Assembly (NCBI RefSeq): GCF_963676685.1
Contig: NC_092348.1
Location: 86,924,001-86,988,000, forward strand
From: Mytilus edulis
Lineage: Eukaryota
Length of the DNA: 64,000 nucleotides
Reading direction: 5' to 3'
Part shown: positions 1 to 13,646 of the stretch, one piece after another
Position numbering within the stretch: the stretch's first letter is position 1
How the letters are laid out: every line of letters begins with the position of its first letter
Program-made: the position numbers and the translations under genes
Notes under the pieces: model-generated
Told to the model about the DNA's origin: nothing
The model's database searches: none
Seen by the model: only the letters and a program-made list of their open reading frames with translations

Positions 1-180
1 AACAGTTGTATATTGCTGTTCAATAGTCATAAATCGATTGAGCAAATACAAATACAAATCCGGGTTACATAGTAGAACCGAAAGAAACACATCAACTATA
101 ACAGGAACAATGAACTGCAACAAAAATGCCAACATATATAGAAACGGACTTTTATTTGGCTTTTTAAACTTTTGTTTATT

Positions 181-228
181 CGAGCGTCACTGATCAGTAT
201 ATTTGGAGACGAAACGTGCGTCTGCAAC
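181..228 (+). mobile_element. Degenerate hammerhead-ribozyme motif of a Penelope-derived/retrozyme-type repeat
   Basis: cgagcgtcaCTGATCAgtatatttggagacGAAAcgtgcGTCtg follows the hammerhead layout CUGAUGA-stemII-GAAA-stemIII-GUH, but the core is mutated (CUGAUCA). Related decayed copies lie at 6316-6360 and about 32358-32420. Confidence 0.45.
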
Positions 229-1849
229 ACATACAATATTCCAATTCTTGTATCAACGATGAGTTTTTTTTTATAACAACTGCCATATCCTGACTTGGTA
301 CAGGACATTTTAAGAAAGAAAAAAAATGTTGGGTTGAACCTGGTTTTGTGATTTTTTATGTCTATTAATTCCTCTCGCTTATATGGCAATGTTGAAAATA
401 CCACTAAAATGATAATTACAGGACAGCAATACAGAGCAAACAAACACAAAAACGCTCACCCCAGAAAAATGCATAAATAAATAATAGAATAGTACATTAC
501 AACCGCAGAATTACAACGAGAGCACAAAAGCAAATATAATCCTCTTATGAAACATTATATCTACCGCGGCTGAAATCATAGGAGATTGTTATAAGATGTG
601 CATCATTACAAATAAATAGATGTAACATATCTTTATTTGCCACTATACGTCAGACTGCATGCGATTGACTGACCGTTTACCGGAAGCCATGCTAGAATAT
701 TATATGTATATATCATCTATAGGTTGTGCTATTCTTAAACAGCAATCTGAATCTGAAAGAAGCTTTCACGTTCACGACTCAATCATTACTAATCATAGCA
801 GTTAAATATGAACATTTAAAATTTAAAATTATGAGATTTAAACGACAGCAAAGTACTGTTCCTTTCATTAATCGACAAACGCGAAAAACAGATGTTATGA
901 TTAATTTATATGATGTATGTAACGTCGTTTGACATACTAACTCATTTAGATAAATATAACAAACAAATTTTACATGTAACTTTGATGATTGCATATTCTA
1001 ATTGACCTGCTGACGACACCCCTTCCTTGTGGTTAAAGGGATATGAATACCAATGAGGCGTCTGTTGGCTGTGTGGGATGCATAAATTATTAACAGCCGT
1101 GTCCAGTCGGAATAGGGACGTTTAGTTATATACCTCGGGTTGTAATGATCGTGCCACCCATCTGTGCTTTACAGAACACTCGGCACAACTCTTTGCGAAT
1201 TGACTTTTTTCATGTCAAGTTTCTAATTCTTTAAAAGTAACACATGATCTACCTGTTTATAGCATTTTTAATATTCATCAGCATATGGTCTACCCGAGGC
1301 TCTGTTGTATCCTTTATATCAAGTTCGATGAGATAGATGCGTCAATATAGTAACCAACTTTTGAATTATTTAGTGGGGGACATGATCTTTATAGTGGAAA
1401 GTGAAGTTAAAGGATACTACTAACGTCTTTTCTATCTACCTTAGAAGTTCCTGCATGACGTCAGCCACATATAAAGAAAGAAACACGTCGTTTTTTTTTA
1501 AATAGTCCAAAATTCATCACATGTATATTAACCATGTATTACTATTGTTGCCTTTATTTATGAATCAAGAAATTAAGCATCTTCATTTTTTGTTTAATTG
1601 GAGTGATTTTCAACAAAGTCCGATTTATCCCTCCATAAGAAAAGCTATTTGTATCTACGTTGTCCATTCTTGTTTATGAAACAAGCCAACTATTTTTGTC
1701 TTTTAGTTCAAATATGGAAAACTTGTGTAAAGTGTCGAAAAGTCAAATGAATCAAGAGTCTTATATTTTATTTACTCTAAACGACCTTTGAAATTTTTAA
1801 GTATCTACATCTGATTCATAATACCTCTAGAATATGTAGTTAACAATAA

Positions 1850-2390
1850 CTTCAAATCCCCGCTGTGATTGATGATATAATGAGAAAAATTTCGTGGAGT
1901 ACTTAGAAAACCCAGCAAAATAATTGTTCTTTGGTTGAAATTCCAAATGAATGGGGAACAAGCACAGGTATACAAAGAAGTTTTAAACTTGAAGTCGTCA
2001 ATATTGAGACCCTGCAACACGTGTTTGTAATTGCAAATTTTAGTTACAATTGGTTTGGTATAGAAACCATAAGAACAGACCATAAAATAGGCAGGTATTT
2101 TCGAATGAAGTTATTTATGATAAAGGATATTGCCCAAGTTAAAAGCATCTAGACCTTTATTGGCAAAGGAAAGTTTTAAAAAAATCTTCTCCTCATCTTT
2201 TCTAATGCCTGCGATGGCAATATCCAATAAGATAGCTGTAAGTTTGTATTTGTTTGAATGGGGGGGGGGGGGGGTTTGTTACCGTGGTTTCCGAACATAA
2301 GTTGTAAAGATAATGATAAGTTGGTCCATCCTATTCATTGAATCCACCACATCTCTAAACTGTTTCGTCCATTCATAAAATGTACCTGGT
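1850..2390 (-). mobile_element. Decayed Penelope-like retroelement ORF fragment
   Basis: Minus-strand translation across frameshifts and stops gives LKLSFANKGLDAFNLGNILYHK*LHSKIPAYF...YTKPIVTKICNYKHVLQGLNIDDFK...CACSPF. I recognise this as the N-terminal region upstream of the RT in invertebrate Penelope-like elements. Assignment is from memory, not from a search. Confidence 0.55.
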
Positions 2391-2406
2391 GTAGTACAGG
2401 ATTTCT

Positions 2407-2890
2407 TCACAAGGTGCTTTTGATCATCTATTCATAATAAATATTGGTACAATTTGGTTTCATAGTTGTCTGTTTAGGAAAAGTATTGCATTAAATCATG
2501 TCTAATATATGTATTGGTTTAGATTTGGCAAAAACTTGTGAATTTTACTGATAGGTGTTACAATTTCTATTCCCAGTATAATGTACTATTACAATATATA
2601 TTTAGATATGTGTGTATATACAATAGTTGATATCAACAAAATGACAACTTCAAATGGGATTCACAGGGTGCTTTTGATCATCTATTCGTAATAAAATATT
2701 GGTACAATTTGGTATTGTTGTTGTCTGTTTATGACAATTATTGCATTAAATGTATGTATGGTTTAAATTTGTAAAAAAACTAGCAAATTTTACTTATAGG
2801 TGATCACATTTCTATTCACAGTATAATGTACTATTACAACATATATATATGTGTGTGTATAGTCAATAGTTGATATCAACTTCAAATCGG
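2407..2890. repeat. Local tandem duplication, about 254-bp unit x2, upstream of LRR gene 1
   Basis: tcacaaggtgcttttgatcatctattc... at 2407 recurs as tcacagggtgcttttgatcatctattc... at 2661. Both copies end ...aatagttgatatcaac...acttcaaat. Confidence 0.9.
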
Positions 2891-3456
2891 GAGTTTGTGC
2901 TTTATTGTGATAGACAATTGCACGATGATACATGTTATCTACAGTACAGATACAAAGTTCACCATCAACAGTATATGACTAATTTTAGACAGTATGTGGA
3001 TACGTGGAGTAAATTATAAGTTTACAAAATCAAAAATAAAGGTAAGGTTTTACTTTTTATTGAAATTAGAAAAAAACTGAAATACGTATATAGTTTCTTT
3101 AATAAAAAAAGCAGTTAATGTTAATATTATTCTATACATGAGTGTAATAAAAAGTAAAATCACAAAATAACTAAATTCCAAGGAAAATTCAAAATGGAAA
3201 GTCCCTAAAAAACGGAAAAATAAAAAGCTAAAACACATCAACGAATGAATAACACCTGTCATATTCCTGACTTGGTATATGTAGACTATGGAAATATATT
3301 TGGTAAATATAAAGATGCTACCATTCTTACAAAAAAATGCACAAACAAATAACAATAAAACGTCTTATAGTAAGTGTACGATCTTCCTAACAAAATAAAC
3401 TCGTTAAACTTGAGTACAATTCAAAATATCAAATACCTTTTTTTATTTCAGTCACC

Positions 3457-5266
3457 ATGCATATCAGTCATACCATGACATTGTCTCCAGTCTTTGTAAT
3501 CGTAGCTATTATCGTTACCACTGGTTATGCGCAGATCTGTGCAGTCAAAGACACGAGTCTTGATTGCAGAAATAGAAACTTGTCAACGGTACCTAGTTTT
3601 GCTAATATACCAGACACTATTACACATTTAGATTTTTCGTTTAATAACATAAAAACTGTTAACAAATTTAACATATCTTTGTTGTCTTCTATTGTTGAAA
3701 TTTCATTTGCGCATAATATAATTACAACTATTCAAAAGGGTGTTTTTGAAATTTTTACAAATGTGGAACATTTAGATCTTTCATACAACAAAATAAGCAA
3801 AGATTCGTTTAAAGATGAAGATTTGGAATCTGAAATTGGACGTGCTAAACGTCTTACGCTACAGGGCAATGATCTTGGATCATTAGAAGATCTTACATTT
3901 TCAACATATCATTTTTTAAAGATGGAATATCTTGATCTCTCCTACTGCTCTTTGAAATTTTTGGGAGATATGTCAATCAATAATCTTGTGAATTTGAAAT
4001 TTTTAAATCTGAGCTATAATTTCTTATCCGATTTTAATGAAGATTTTTTACCAGGAGAAATGGGCCTAGAACAACTTGACATAAGTTACAACAAAATAAC
4101 AACCGTTAAGAAAGTGCCGGTGTTGATAGAACTGAAAGTATTACGTATAGATTATAATGGAATAGATTTTATTGAAGACGGTGCATTTTCAACCTTACTT
4201 GGACTTGAAGTTCTGTCGCTTGTTGGGAATAACATGAAAACATTACGTCCCAATATGTTACCATTGAAGTCTATTTTCTCTCTCAAAGAGATCAGACTGG
4301 ATAAAAACCCATGGCGATGCGATTGCAACATGAAATGGTTATTTAATGATATGGACGATGATTTTAACTTTAAAAACTTTACATTAATGTAAGTATATTG
4401 AGTATTGTAATTGGAAACTTTATTGTAATAGGAAATATTTTGTTTGATTTTGAAAATTAAGGGTTTTCGTAGTGCTTGTCAGTCTGATGAACTGATGAAA
4501 TTGTTTTTTTTTTTTTCTTCAATAAAACAATTCTTGACTTTCCTTGAATTGTATAATGTAGGCATTTGCGTGAATCGAGAATTAATCTATTGCCGGAAAA
4601 AAAATCATTATATTTGGTTAACCATATCAACTGTGAGTTTCCTGTTAGACATTGAAATAAACAAAATACACATCAACTAAAGATTTCATAGGCACATTGG
4701 AACAACACATTTCTTAGATTTGTGAAAAATCCTACACGTAATTTTCATTTGGTAAATAATTTTGGATTTCTTTTTTAATAATTAACCTGAAATGTATTGT
4801 ATTTATTTCCCTTTCCCCGTGAAATCTGGTCTAGAAGAAAGATTATTTTGAAAGTGATGGTGGTATTCCAAAGTAAGTTGCAAATTCTTAATATACCGGT
4901 ATCTTTATTTACTTTTTCAGATGTTCATTTCCTTCAAGACTTCGAGGAAAGAATATTTTTACTACGTCTAGTAACGCGCTGACATGCAGGGCAGAATATT
5001 CAAGACTTACATATATATTGATTTTATTTTTTTCCGCGAGTTTTATGGTGACAGGACTAATTTATGCAGTTTATATCAAACGGAAGTATTTCAAGTGTAA
5101 CAAGTGTTGTGAGAAGAAAGGAGGCGATTATGTCGCCGTATTTACAAATGACAATACCAATGCCGACGAAGGAACAAACGTAAAAATCACAACTGCAGAC
5201 GATGAATCGTTGGTCAAAAATGAAGAGAGAACGGGAAATGGACAAGTTCATTATTTCGATGTTTGA
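3457..5266 (+). CDS. LRR single-pass transmembrane protein 1 (signal peptide, LRRNT, LRR array, LRRCT, TM, short tail, no TIR); 425 aa
   Basis: Coding exons 3457-4388 and 4921-5266 are joined by a phase-2 GT-AG intron that splits the LRRCT (NPWRCDC...TLI|CSFPSRLRGK...LTC). LxxLxLxxN repeats are present. TM segment YILILFFSASFMVTGLIYAVYI is followed by KRK. Start context is caccATG after an acceptor at 3450-3451. A probable 5'UTR exon donor lies at 3042. Confidence 0.92.
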
Positions 5267-5688
5267 TTTGGGTTTTTTTTTGCGCTCAATAAAATTTGTT
5301 AAATATTACTGAGATTATTTTTTTTGTCATAGCCTCCTTCATTCCTTTAAAAGTTTGGCTGTACCACTCGTTCAAAAGTTATATATGTATATGCATGGAT
5401 AGGTTGTCCGTTATACGATTAGTTTTGGTGTTTTTTTGCCACTGCTCTCCTCATATGAAGTATAACAACATACTCAAAAAATATTCTTGAGTGATCTACA
5501 CTGTGTGCATTTTCTGTAACAAATATATATGATTGTGAAGATGTGTTATGATTGCCAATGAAACATCTGTATACAAAGGCATTCGGTACACCGACGACAT
5601 CCACTAAATATGATTGGGAGCGCCCATGGAGAGTGTGTAACAAGACAACATAAGAAACAACTGTAAAAATCAGTTGAAAAGTGTCTGA

Positions 5689-7219
5689 CGCATTTGCGCC
5701 AATTTTTGAAAATTTCAATCTTTCATTTGCGCCACAAGGTTATATTTCATTTGCGCCAAAAGATTAAAACTTCATTTGCGACATTTTACATGTATTTTAG
5801 GTAAGATATAACGGAAAAGTTAAATATTCTTTGCTTTAAAAGGTTTGTTTCTACAGTATTCCCCTGGATAATTGAGTGAGTTCAATGCCATACTCATTTC
5901 TGAAGCTGAGAGTCACTAAGGTTTATAATTATAAATAGTGTTCACATGTTCGAGGTGACAAGATGGGAATTTATAATTTATAATGCCTTTTCACCATCGT
6001 ATGTGACGTCATTTTCATAACTTACTGCGTTGAGGCCTGGACTGAGTCGGGTGGGTCTAGTCTGGGTGAGTCTTTTTGCATTATGTATTCGTGTTTGTTT
6101 TATGTAATGAGTTAATACTTCAGTTTCATTATGTATATCTGTTATATTCATTTGATAAAATTTACTGTTTGCAATAGCATTTATTGTTCTAAATAACAAG
6201 GATGTTCATATCCCAAGCATAAAAACATAGCCGTATTTGACACAACCTTTTTCAACTTTTGATCTTCAGTGCTGTACAACTTTGAACTTTTTTTCGCTTT
6301 CGATCTTTTATATCTGGGCGTCACTGATGAGTCTTGTTTGGACAAGGCGTGTTTTTGGCGTATTGAATTGTAAACCTGAAAATTGTGTTATTCATTAATC
6401 ATGTGTTTCTTTGTCTAATACGTTCTCCTATTTATTTGTATTGTAGTCCTGTAATATTATGTTGTTATTTCAATGTTATATTTAACATTGCCATTAAAGT
6501 GCGAGGTTTGGCATGCCACAAAACCAGGTTCAACCCATCATTTTTTCCTTTAAAAATGTCCTGTACCAAGTCAGGAATATGGCCATTGTTATATTATAGT
6601 TCGTTTCTGTGTGTGTTACAATTTAATGTTGCGTCGTTTGTTTTCTCTTATTTTTGAGTGTAAATTGACATTGCGATAAGACGTGTCACGGTACTTGTCT
6701 ATCCCTAATTCTTGTATTTGGTTTTGATGTTATATTTGTTATTCTCGTGGGATTTTGTCTGATGCTTGGTCCGTTTCTGTTTGTGTTACATTGTAGTGTT
6801 GTGTCGTTGTTATCCTCTTATATTTATGCGTTTCCCTCAGTTTTAGTTTGTTACCCCGATTTTGTTTTTTGTCCATGGATTTATGAGTTTGAACAGCGGT
6901 ATACTACTGTTGCCTTTATTAGACATAAACAGAAGAACTAAGTCTGTAAATTTTGGACAGGTTTAATGATTGATTTATAACAGAACTGTGTTTCATCAAG
7001 GTTTTAACATTACTTGTATGGTTTAATGTCGACTGATTTCTAAGGAATAAGTTTAATTATGCAAACCAAAACTGCCTTAATTATCAAAAGTCTTATTTTT
7101 GACATATGTTATATATTTTTTACCAGTAATTTGGCGCAAATGTTAGGTTTTATTTTGGTGCAAATGAACTATTTTTTCGGCGCAAATGAAATGGCAATTG
7201 GCGCAAAAGCAAAACACTG
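5689..7219. mobile_element. Non-autonomous TIR DNA transposon with 8-bp TSD and a nested insertion
   Basis: TSD gtgtctga at 5681-5688 and 7220-7227. The left end has repeated catttgcgcc and the right end has the inverse ggcgcaaatg, ending ...gcaaaacactg. The left TIR is partly deleted. Confidence 0.7.
5982..6919. mobile_element. Dispersed repeat nested in the TIR element, carrying a degenerate hammerhead motif
   Basis: Shares blocks with 30-360 (e.g. aaaccaggttcaaccc, cctgtaccaagtcagga, tactgttgcctttat). Contains cactgatgagtcttgtttggac at 6322-6343 with the GAAA core mutated. Confidence 0.6.
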
Positions 7220-8904
7220 GTGTCTGACACATAAGATCGACACCATAAGTACAAAAATATCTACAAAGTGACAACGAAACAAAGTAATGATCTAAGAGTA
7301 CTCACGTTATTGAAAACTGATTCTTATCCAAATTTCATCTGATAAATAAACCAACTGTTTACAGATTTTTCAGTCGATTTTTTTTTCTAGACTGTTTTAA
7401 TCATTTCAGTAATATTTAGCGTTCACATTTACCAATTTTTTAAGCTTCAACATCTATGTTTATATCAGGCTCTAAGCTTATTCGAACCCCATAATAAATC
7501 CACCTCAGTATAATTTTGCATCTTTCATTGTATCACTGTACTTATATATCACTATATTCATTAAACGTGACTTCACTTTAGCTGTGTTGGGTTTTTTTAG
7601 GTGGTGTTTTTCATCATTCCTTCGTTCTTGTTAATACCAATGTGCAATGCTATGTTAAAACACTGTCTATAGGGGCGCCCTACTTGCCAATAAAGAATAT
7701 TTTGTTACTACATTTCGGTTGGAACCTCTGCTGGTGGGCAGTCATTTTACGGAGGATTAATTTACCTTTATGCATCAATTTGGAACAGTTATGATTTGAA
7801 CTATCGATGTTGTATTGCAATGTCATTCAGTTCAATCGAAACTTTGGTAAAAATTCCTAATGGATGACTTTGACACAATATCTTTATGTACAGTTCTACT
7901 GATCAACGAGAGCAAATATGTATTTTTATACTTGTTCAAAAGTTTGCTGATTGCAAGACAGAACAACGTTTAAGTTTAAATTTATATCAAAACAACAGCA
8001 TATAAACTCATTATCTTTGGTATCACAATATTATCTATGTAAACAGACAGTTGATATGAACAAACTTGTCTCAGTAAATACGGGATAACAAAAAAAGAAA
8101 GCTGTCACAAACTGAAGTCCAAATTGTACAATCAACGAGAAGGGAATATATATTTAAATGTAAGCTAAAATCATTTTTTATCTATCCGTTTATTAGTTTG
8201 TGTTTTACCTTATTTACAAATTGGTTTTTAAGTACCACAATTCGGTACTTCGATACTGATATACATTTTTTTTTATCATTTGTCCGTTTATGTTATATAA
8301 AAACTAAGGGTTTAACTCCCTCAGCGACCAACAGTTGAAGTTTAATTAAAAAAAGCGCTTCGGATTCATTAAATACGAAACCCCAAAAGACGAGGATATA
8401 AAAGTGTTGTTTCCATTTTTCAATCTTAATTGTCTTTTAATTAGTTTATTTGTGTTTTTTGTTGCTGTTTCATAAAATTATACCATGCATCTTTGTTGTT
8501 TGGTAGTTGATTCATCTTTTGAAACGCTGATAGCTCACACCGAGCAGCAAGCTATATGTGTTTAATTGTATGTAAGCAATTGTGCTTCCATCTGTCGTTC
8601 CCTATCTTTTAAGTCAATTCGAATATTTCTAGTTTAGGTGTATATCAAATCAGGTAAACACGAGATGATGACTATGTGGATAGCCTCAAACCAAACATGG
8701 ACTTGGGGCTCACTAAAGCATCTCATGTAAAGCATTCAATGTTTTTTACAGATTCACCTGTTATAAACGCAAAATTTATTTGTCTTTTTTATTAAACAAA
8801 AATATCATAGGAAATACAAATTCATAAATAAACAAACAAAAACAGAGACACTACGAATGCAACTGTTCAACAAAAATGATTGGAGCAGGGTTTGACTGAA
8901 GGTT

Positions 8905-11900
8905 TTAATGTCTGTTCAGAATACATCCAACAAGGCTTCTGACATAATCCATCAGCTTAGGTCTATTCACTGGTTTTGCTTCCCCTACAAAATAAATATA
9001 GAAAATAATAAAATTGAGAATGGAAATGGGGAATGTGCCAAAGAGACAACAACCCGACCATAGAAAAAAACAACAGCAGAAGGTCACCAACAGGTCTTCA
9101 ATTTAGCGAGAAATTCCCGCACCCGGAGGCGTCCTTCAGCTGGCCCCTAAACAAATATATACTAGTTCAGTGATAATGAACGCCATACTAATTTCCAAAT
9201 TGTACACAAGAAACTAAAATTAAAATAATACAAGACTAACAAAGGCCAGAGACTCCTGACTTGGGACAGGGACATGTTTGTGAGATCTCAACCCTCCCCC
9301 TATACCTCTAGCCAATGTAGAAAAGTAAACGCATAACAATACGCACATTAAAATTCAGTTCAAGAGAAGTCCGAGTCTGATGTCAGAAGATGTAACCAAA
9401 GAAAATAAACAAAATGACAATAATACATAAATTTTAACAGACTACTAGCAGTTAACTGACATGCCAGCTCCAGACTTCAATTGAACTGACTGAAAGATTA
9501 TGATTTCATCATATGAACATCAGGCACAATCCTTCCCGTTAGGGGTTTAGTATCATACCATCATAACATATATGAGAATAACATAACCCGTGTCATGCCA
9601 ACAACTGGTTTTTGAATAAATGTGTTTAGTTTCGATGCAAAGACCCTATAAGTGAATCAATATTAACGCCAAAATATGCAATCTTTAATGACCTGACAAC
9701 AGTATCGTAACTATATCCCTTCTAAATAAGTCTATTCAAAGGTTTTGTAAGTTTTTGAGGTGAATACTGACACCTTTGCATTAATAGTAACGTAGTCATC
9801 TGTTTTGTTAATCATCACAAAAATGTTCTTAATATTTGAAACGAGCTATTCATATTAATACTATGTTTCGTTTAAAGTCGATTTGAAAAAAGCGATCATT
9901 GGCATCAATGTTGTCAATACATGTAATTAAAAGTCACAAATATAAATAAAAATACAATTTAGAATAATGCACAGTTTTGTTTATATTACCTGTAACGATT
10001 TTCTCTTTAAATTCCTTTGATTTAAGTTGTTCGTTTAGTTTAGTTTCATTTCCTCTAGGTTTGCCCTTCCCATCAAATTCACTGGCTTCAGGTAATCTCC
10101 TCACATGTACTTTGTTTGTTTTCACCTTTCCTTTCCCTGTGGATTCTTGAGCTTTCTGCTTAGATTGGTTAGCCTCCGATATTTTTTTTTCCTGTAATGA
10201 TTTTATTTCTTCTTTTCTTTTCTGTTTTGACTCGTATTCATCTCCCTTCGCTACACATTTTTCATATTTCTTTTGGTTCTTTGCTTTCTTTTTATCCATC
10301 TTTCTTTTATTTTTAATTTCCTTTTCTTCTCGTGTTTTTTTCTCCTTAGATTCCTGAGCCTCCATTATTTTCTTTTTTGACTCGTATTCTTCTCCTTTCG
10401 CTACACATTTTTCATATTTCTTTTGGTTCATAGCTTTCTTTTTATCCATCTTTCTTTTATTTCTAATTTCCTTTTCTTCTCGTGTTTTTTTCTCCTTAGA
10501 TTCCTGAGCCTCCATTATCATTTTCTTTTTTGACGCGTATTCTTCTCCCTTCGCTAGACATTTTTCATATTTCTTTTGGTTCTTAGCTCTCTCTTTATCC
10601 ATCTTTCTTTTATTTTTAATTTCCTTTTCTTCTCGTGTTTTTTTCTCCTTAGATTCCTGAGCCTCCAATATCATTTTCTTTTTTGATTCATTTTCTTCTA
10701 GTTTTCTTTTCCTTTCAGTCTCCGGGGCTTCAATTTTTCGTTTTTTCTTTAATTCTTTTTCTTTCAGTTTTCTTTTCTTCTCAGATTTCTTTGCTTCCAT
10801 TTTTGCTGTTTTCTTTGCTGCTATGAAGAGATCTTTGATTCCAACCTTGTAACCATTAGCCTTTTCAGCAGATACATTTTTGTGATTCGTTTTATTTATT
10901 TCAAGTTTGTCTTCTGTCAACTGAAATCAATAAAGGTATAAGGCTTCCATCACTGATCTGTTTCTTACTTAATGCATGCAGTATCAAGCACAACACATAC
11001 TGCAGTATCAAGCATAACTCATATTGCAGTATCAAGAATAAAGTATACTTCAGTATCAAGCATAAAGCATACTGCAGTATCAAACATAACTCATATTGCA
11101 GTATCAATCATAAAGCGTACTGCAGAAACAAGCATAAAGCATACTGCAGTATCAAGCATAACTCATACTGCAGTAACAACCATACAATATACTGCAGTAG
11201 CAAGCATAACTCATACTGCAGTATCAAGCATAAAGCATACTGCAATAACAAGCATAAAGCATACAACAGTATCGACCATAAAGCCTACTGCAGTACCAAG
11301 CATGAAACATACTGCAGTATCAAGCATAAAGCAAACTGCATTATCACACATAAAGCATACTGCAGTACCAAGCATAAAGCATACTATCGTATCAACCATA
11401 AAGCATACTGCAGTATCAATCATAAAGCATACTGCAGTAACAACTATAAAGCATACTACAGTATCAAGCATAACTCATACTGCAGTACCACGCATATAGC
11501 ATACTGTAGTAACAACCATAAAGCATACTGCAGTAACAACCATAAAGCATACTGCAGTATCAAGCATAAAGCATACTGCAGTATCAACCATAAAGCCTAC
11601 TGCAGTACCAAGCATAACGCATACTACAGTATCAAGCATAACGCATACTGCAGTATCAAGCATAAAGCATACTGCAGTAACAAGCATGATACAACTTACG
11701 TTAAAAACGTTTTCATGATAGACTAAAATGTAAATACAAATCCTGAACAGTTGTTTTATCATTTGACTTTGTTAATATTAATTGATGAGGAAATAGAAAC
11801 TAGAATAATATTAAAATGTTCACATGAAAGCATCAAAATATGCGTATGAATAAAATTTATAACTATAGAAATGTTCCATTAATAAGCATCATTTTCTTTA

Positions 11901-13646
11901 GCTTGAGCATATACTGTGCACTTCTACAGTATTTTGTGTGTTTTTGACAAATCTTTACACATTTGTTTATCATTCCGAATTGAAGATTTCGCTACATACG
12001 TTGCTTCTTATAAACAGGGAGATGTAGCATGATTGCTTATGAGACAACTATCCATCAGATACAAAAGAGCAAAGATACAAACAATCATCACTGTACTGCC
12101 TTCAATAATGAGTAACCTATTAGTTTGTTTAATACGGTCTTGGGGTTTATGTCTCATTGACCTTTAGTACCTATCTTTTTTCAACATATTACGTACCTGT
12201 AAAGCTCCCAGTCCATTGCTGTCTTCGTTTTCAAATAAATCGATCAGGGATTCACATCCTTAAAATAAATAAAACTATAAGAAAGATGATTCTACATTGT
12301 TTTTTTTTAAGTTATTTTGGTTCGATCTTTTAGATATATGATTGAGTATCAATTGAGATATCACATTGGTAAAGGTGAAGCGATAAGATTGCCAAGTAGA
12401 CGACTACTAGTTTCCACCAGCGACAAAAAAGACGTTGATATTAGCAACTTGAGGCCCAAAGTGAAAGATGTTAACAACAAACGATCCCCATACTATATCT
12501 TAAGGTATAAAAATCCTTGATAAAATGTGAAATAATCAAGAAGAGAAAACAAACAATATGGTAAAAGGTTAACGAAAAACAAATATGGCAGACGGAGAAA
12601 ATATCAAGATGGAGAATTGAATGCATACATAGTAAATTAAAATTATCACTTGAAATTAAAGCAAACCATTCTTCATTGAGATAGAATGGTGATCACGTGC
12701 TCTTCATATTCTTTTATAAATGTTTGTAATATCTGATATTTCCTCTATCATTATTACATAAATTGTTGTTGTTTTTTCTCTATAACTTACTAGTAGCGTT
12801 ATGATTGAAGTCATGCTCCATGCCATCACTCTGGAATATAAAATTCTTTTGAGGCAAAGGTGTATCATCTCCTGCTCCATGTTCCATCTCAGATATTTGG
12901 AATGTTACTGTATGTTCTTTTAAACACATTTCTTCGTCGGCTCTTTCGCCAGCAGCTGACTTCTTTTGGGTTATTTCTTCTTATATAAAAAAAGTATATG
13001 AAAGGATTGTAATCATAAAACAAACACAAGGAGTTCACAAAACCTGTTAAATCAGTAATTCGGTTTTATAGTTATTTGTAGACTGTCTTTCCGTGTTGTT
13101 TTCATGGTTTTGTTGGATTGTCTTCAAATTAAACGAATTCGTGTTGTCCCGATTTGTGTCTTCAGATTATTACTTAAAAAAATAAATTTTAAAGCAATGA
13201 AGTAAAAATCGTTTCCAAATCCCCCCCCCCCCCCCCATATATTTTCTTGCCTTTACCCAAATTCTCCCCCTCTACTTGTTCTTCGTCTGTTAACATTTAC
13301 TTATCTCACCAGACCCCTACTTTATGTACTCTGTGTATTTACTTATCTCACCAGACCCCTACTCCATGTATTTACTTATCTCACCAGACCCCTACTTCAT
13401 GTACTTCGCGTATAAATTTACTATCTCACAAGATCCCTACTCCATGTACTCTGTGTATTTACTTAGCTCACCTGTCGTATCTCCTGATGAACTGTCCTCT
13501 TGCGAATGTGGATAATTATCTCTTACAATTTCAATTCTATTCCAAAATTCTAACTCTTGAGCGGACTTTGCATTTTCTTTAAATTCCATAATAAGCAGCT
13601 TTTTGGCAGCCTCTAACTGTTGGAACGGATTATACACGTCACCCAT
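8905..13646 (-). CDS. Uncharacterised 478-aa protein: acidic N-terminus and Lys/Glu-rich helical region with three ~51-aa repeats
   Basis: Coding exons on the minus strand: 13646-13472, 12979-12791, 12258-12197, 10920-9990, 8984-8905. All introns are GT-AG and the phases match (1,1,0,1), giving an open 1437-nt frame from MGDVYNPF to VGCILNRH*. AATAAA-type signals lie at about 8776-8793. Confidence 0.82.
9005..9775. mobile_element. Unclassified dispersed repeat (aaaattgagaatggaaatggggaatgtg head) in the last intron of the minus-strand gene
   Basis: Head fragments recur at about 32800-32895 (reverse), 39290-39400 and 46440-46515 (reverse). Contains the tcctgacttgggacagg core. Confidence 0.65.
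10972..11690. repeat. 24-bp minisatellite (catactgcagtatcaagcataaag), about 30 copies, intronic
   Basis: A strict 24-bp period is visible. The array lies in the 12196-10921 intron of the minus-strand gene. Confidence 0.95.
13290..13471 (-). repeat. About 42-bp tandem repeat starting at a splice donor (about 5 copies)
   Basis: Minus-strand unit gtgagataagtaaatacacagagtacatggagtaggggtctg. The first copy is the authentic donor ACAG|gtgagctaagt at 13471. Confidence 0.85.

Noticed and set aside
96-3355. Short hydrophobic ORFs (96-449, 726-994, 3050-3355) and similar ones elsewhere
   Set aside because: They overlap dispersed repeats or AT-rich sequence, often use non-ATG starts, and have no splice or domain support.
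10972-11762. ORFs of 175, 86 and 95 aa (HTAVSSIK / MLDTAVCF repeats) as a His/Thr-rich or Cys-rich protein
   Set aside because: They are by-products of a 24-bp intronic minisatellite. Frames are open on both strands, a stop interrupts the array at 11497, and there is no signal peptide or splice support.
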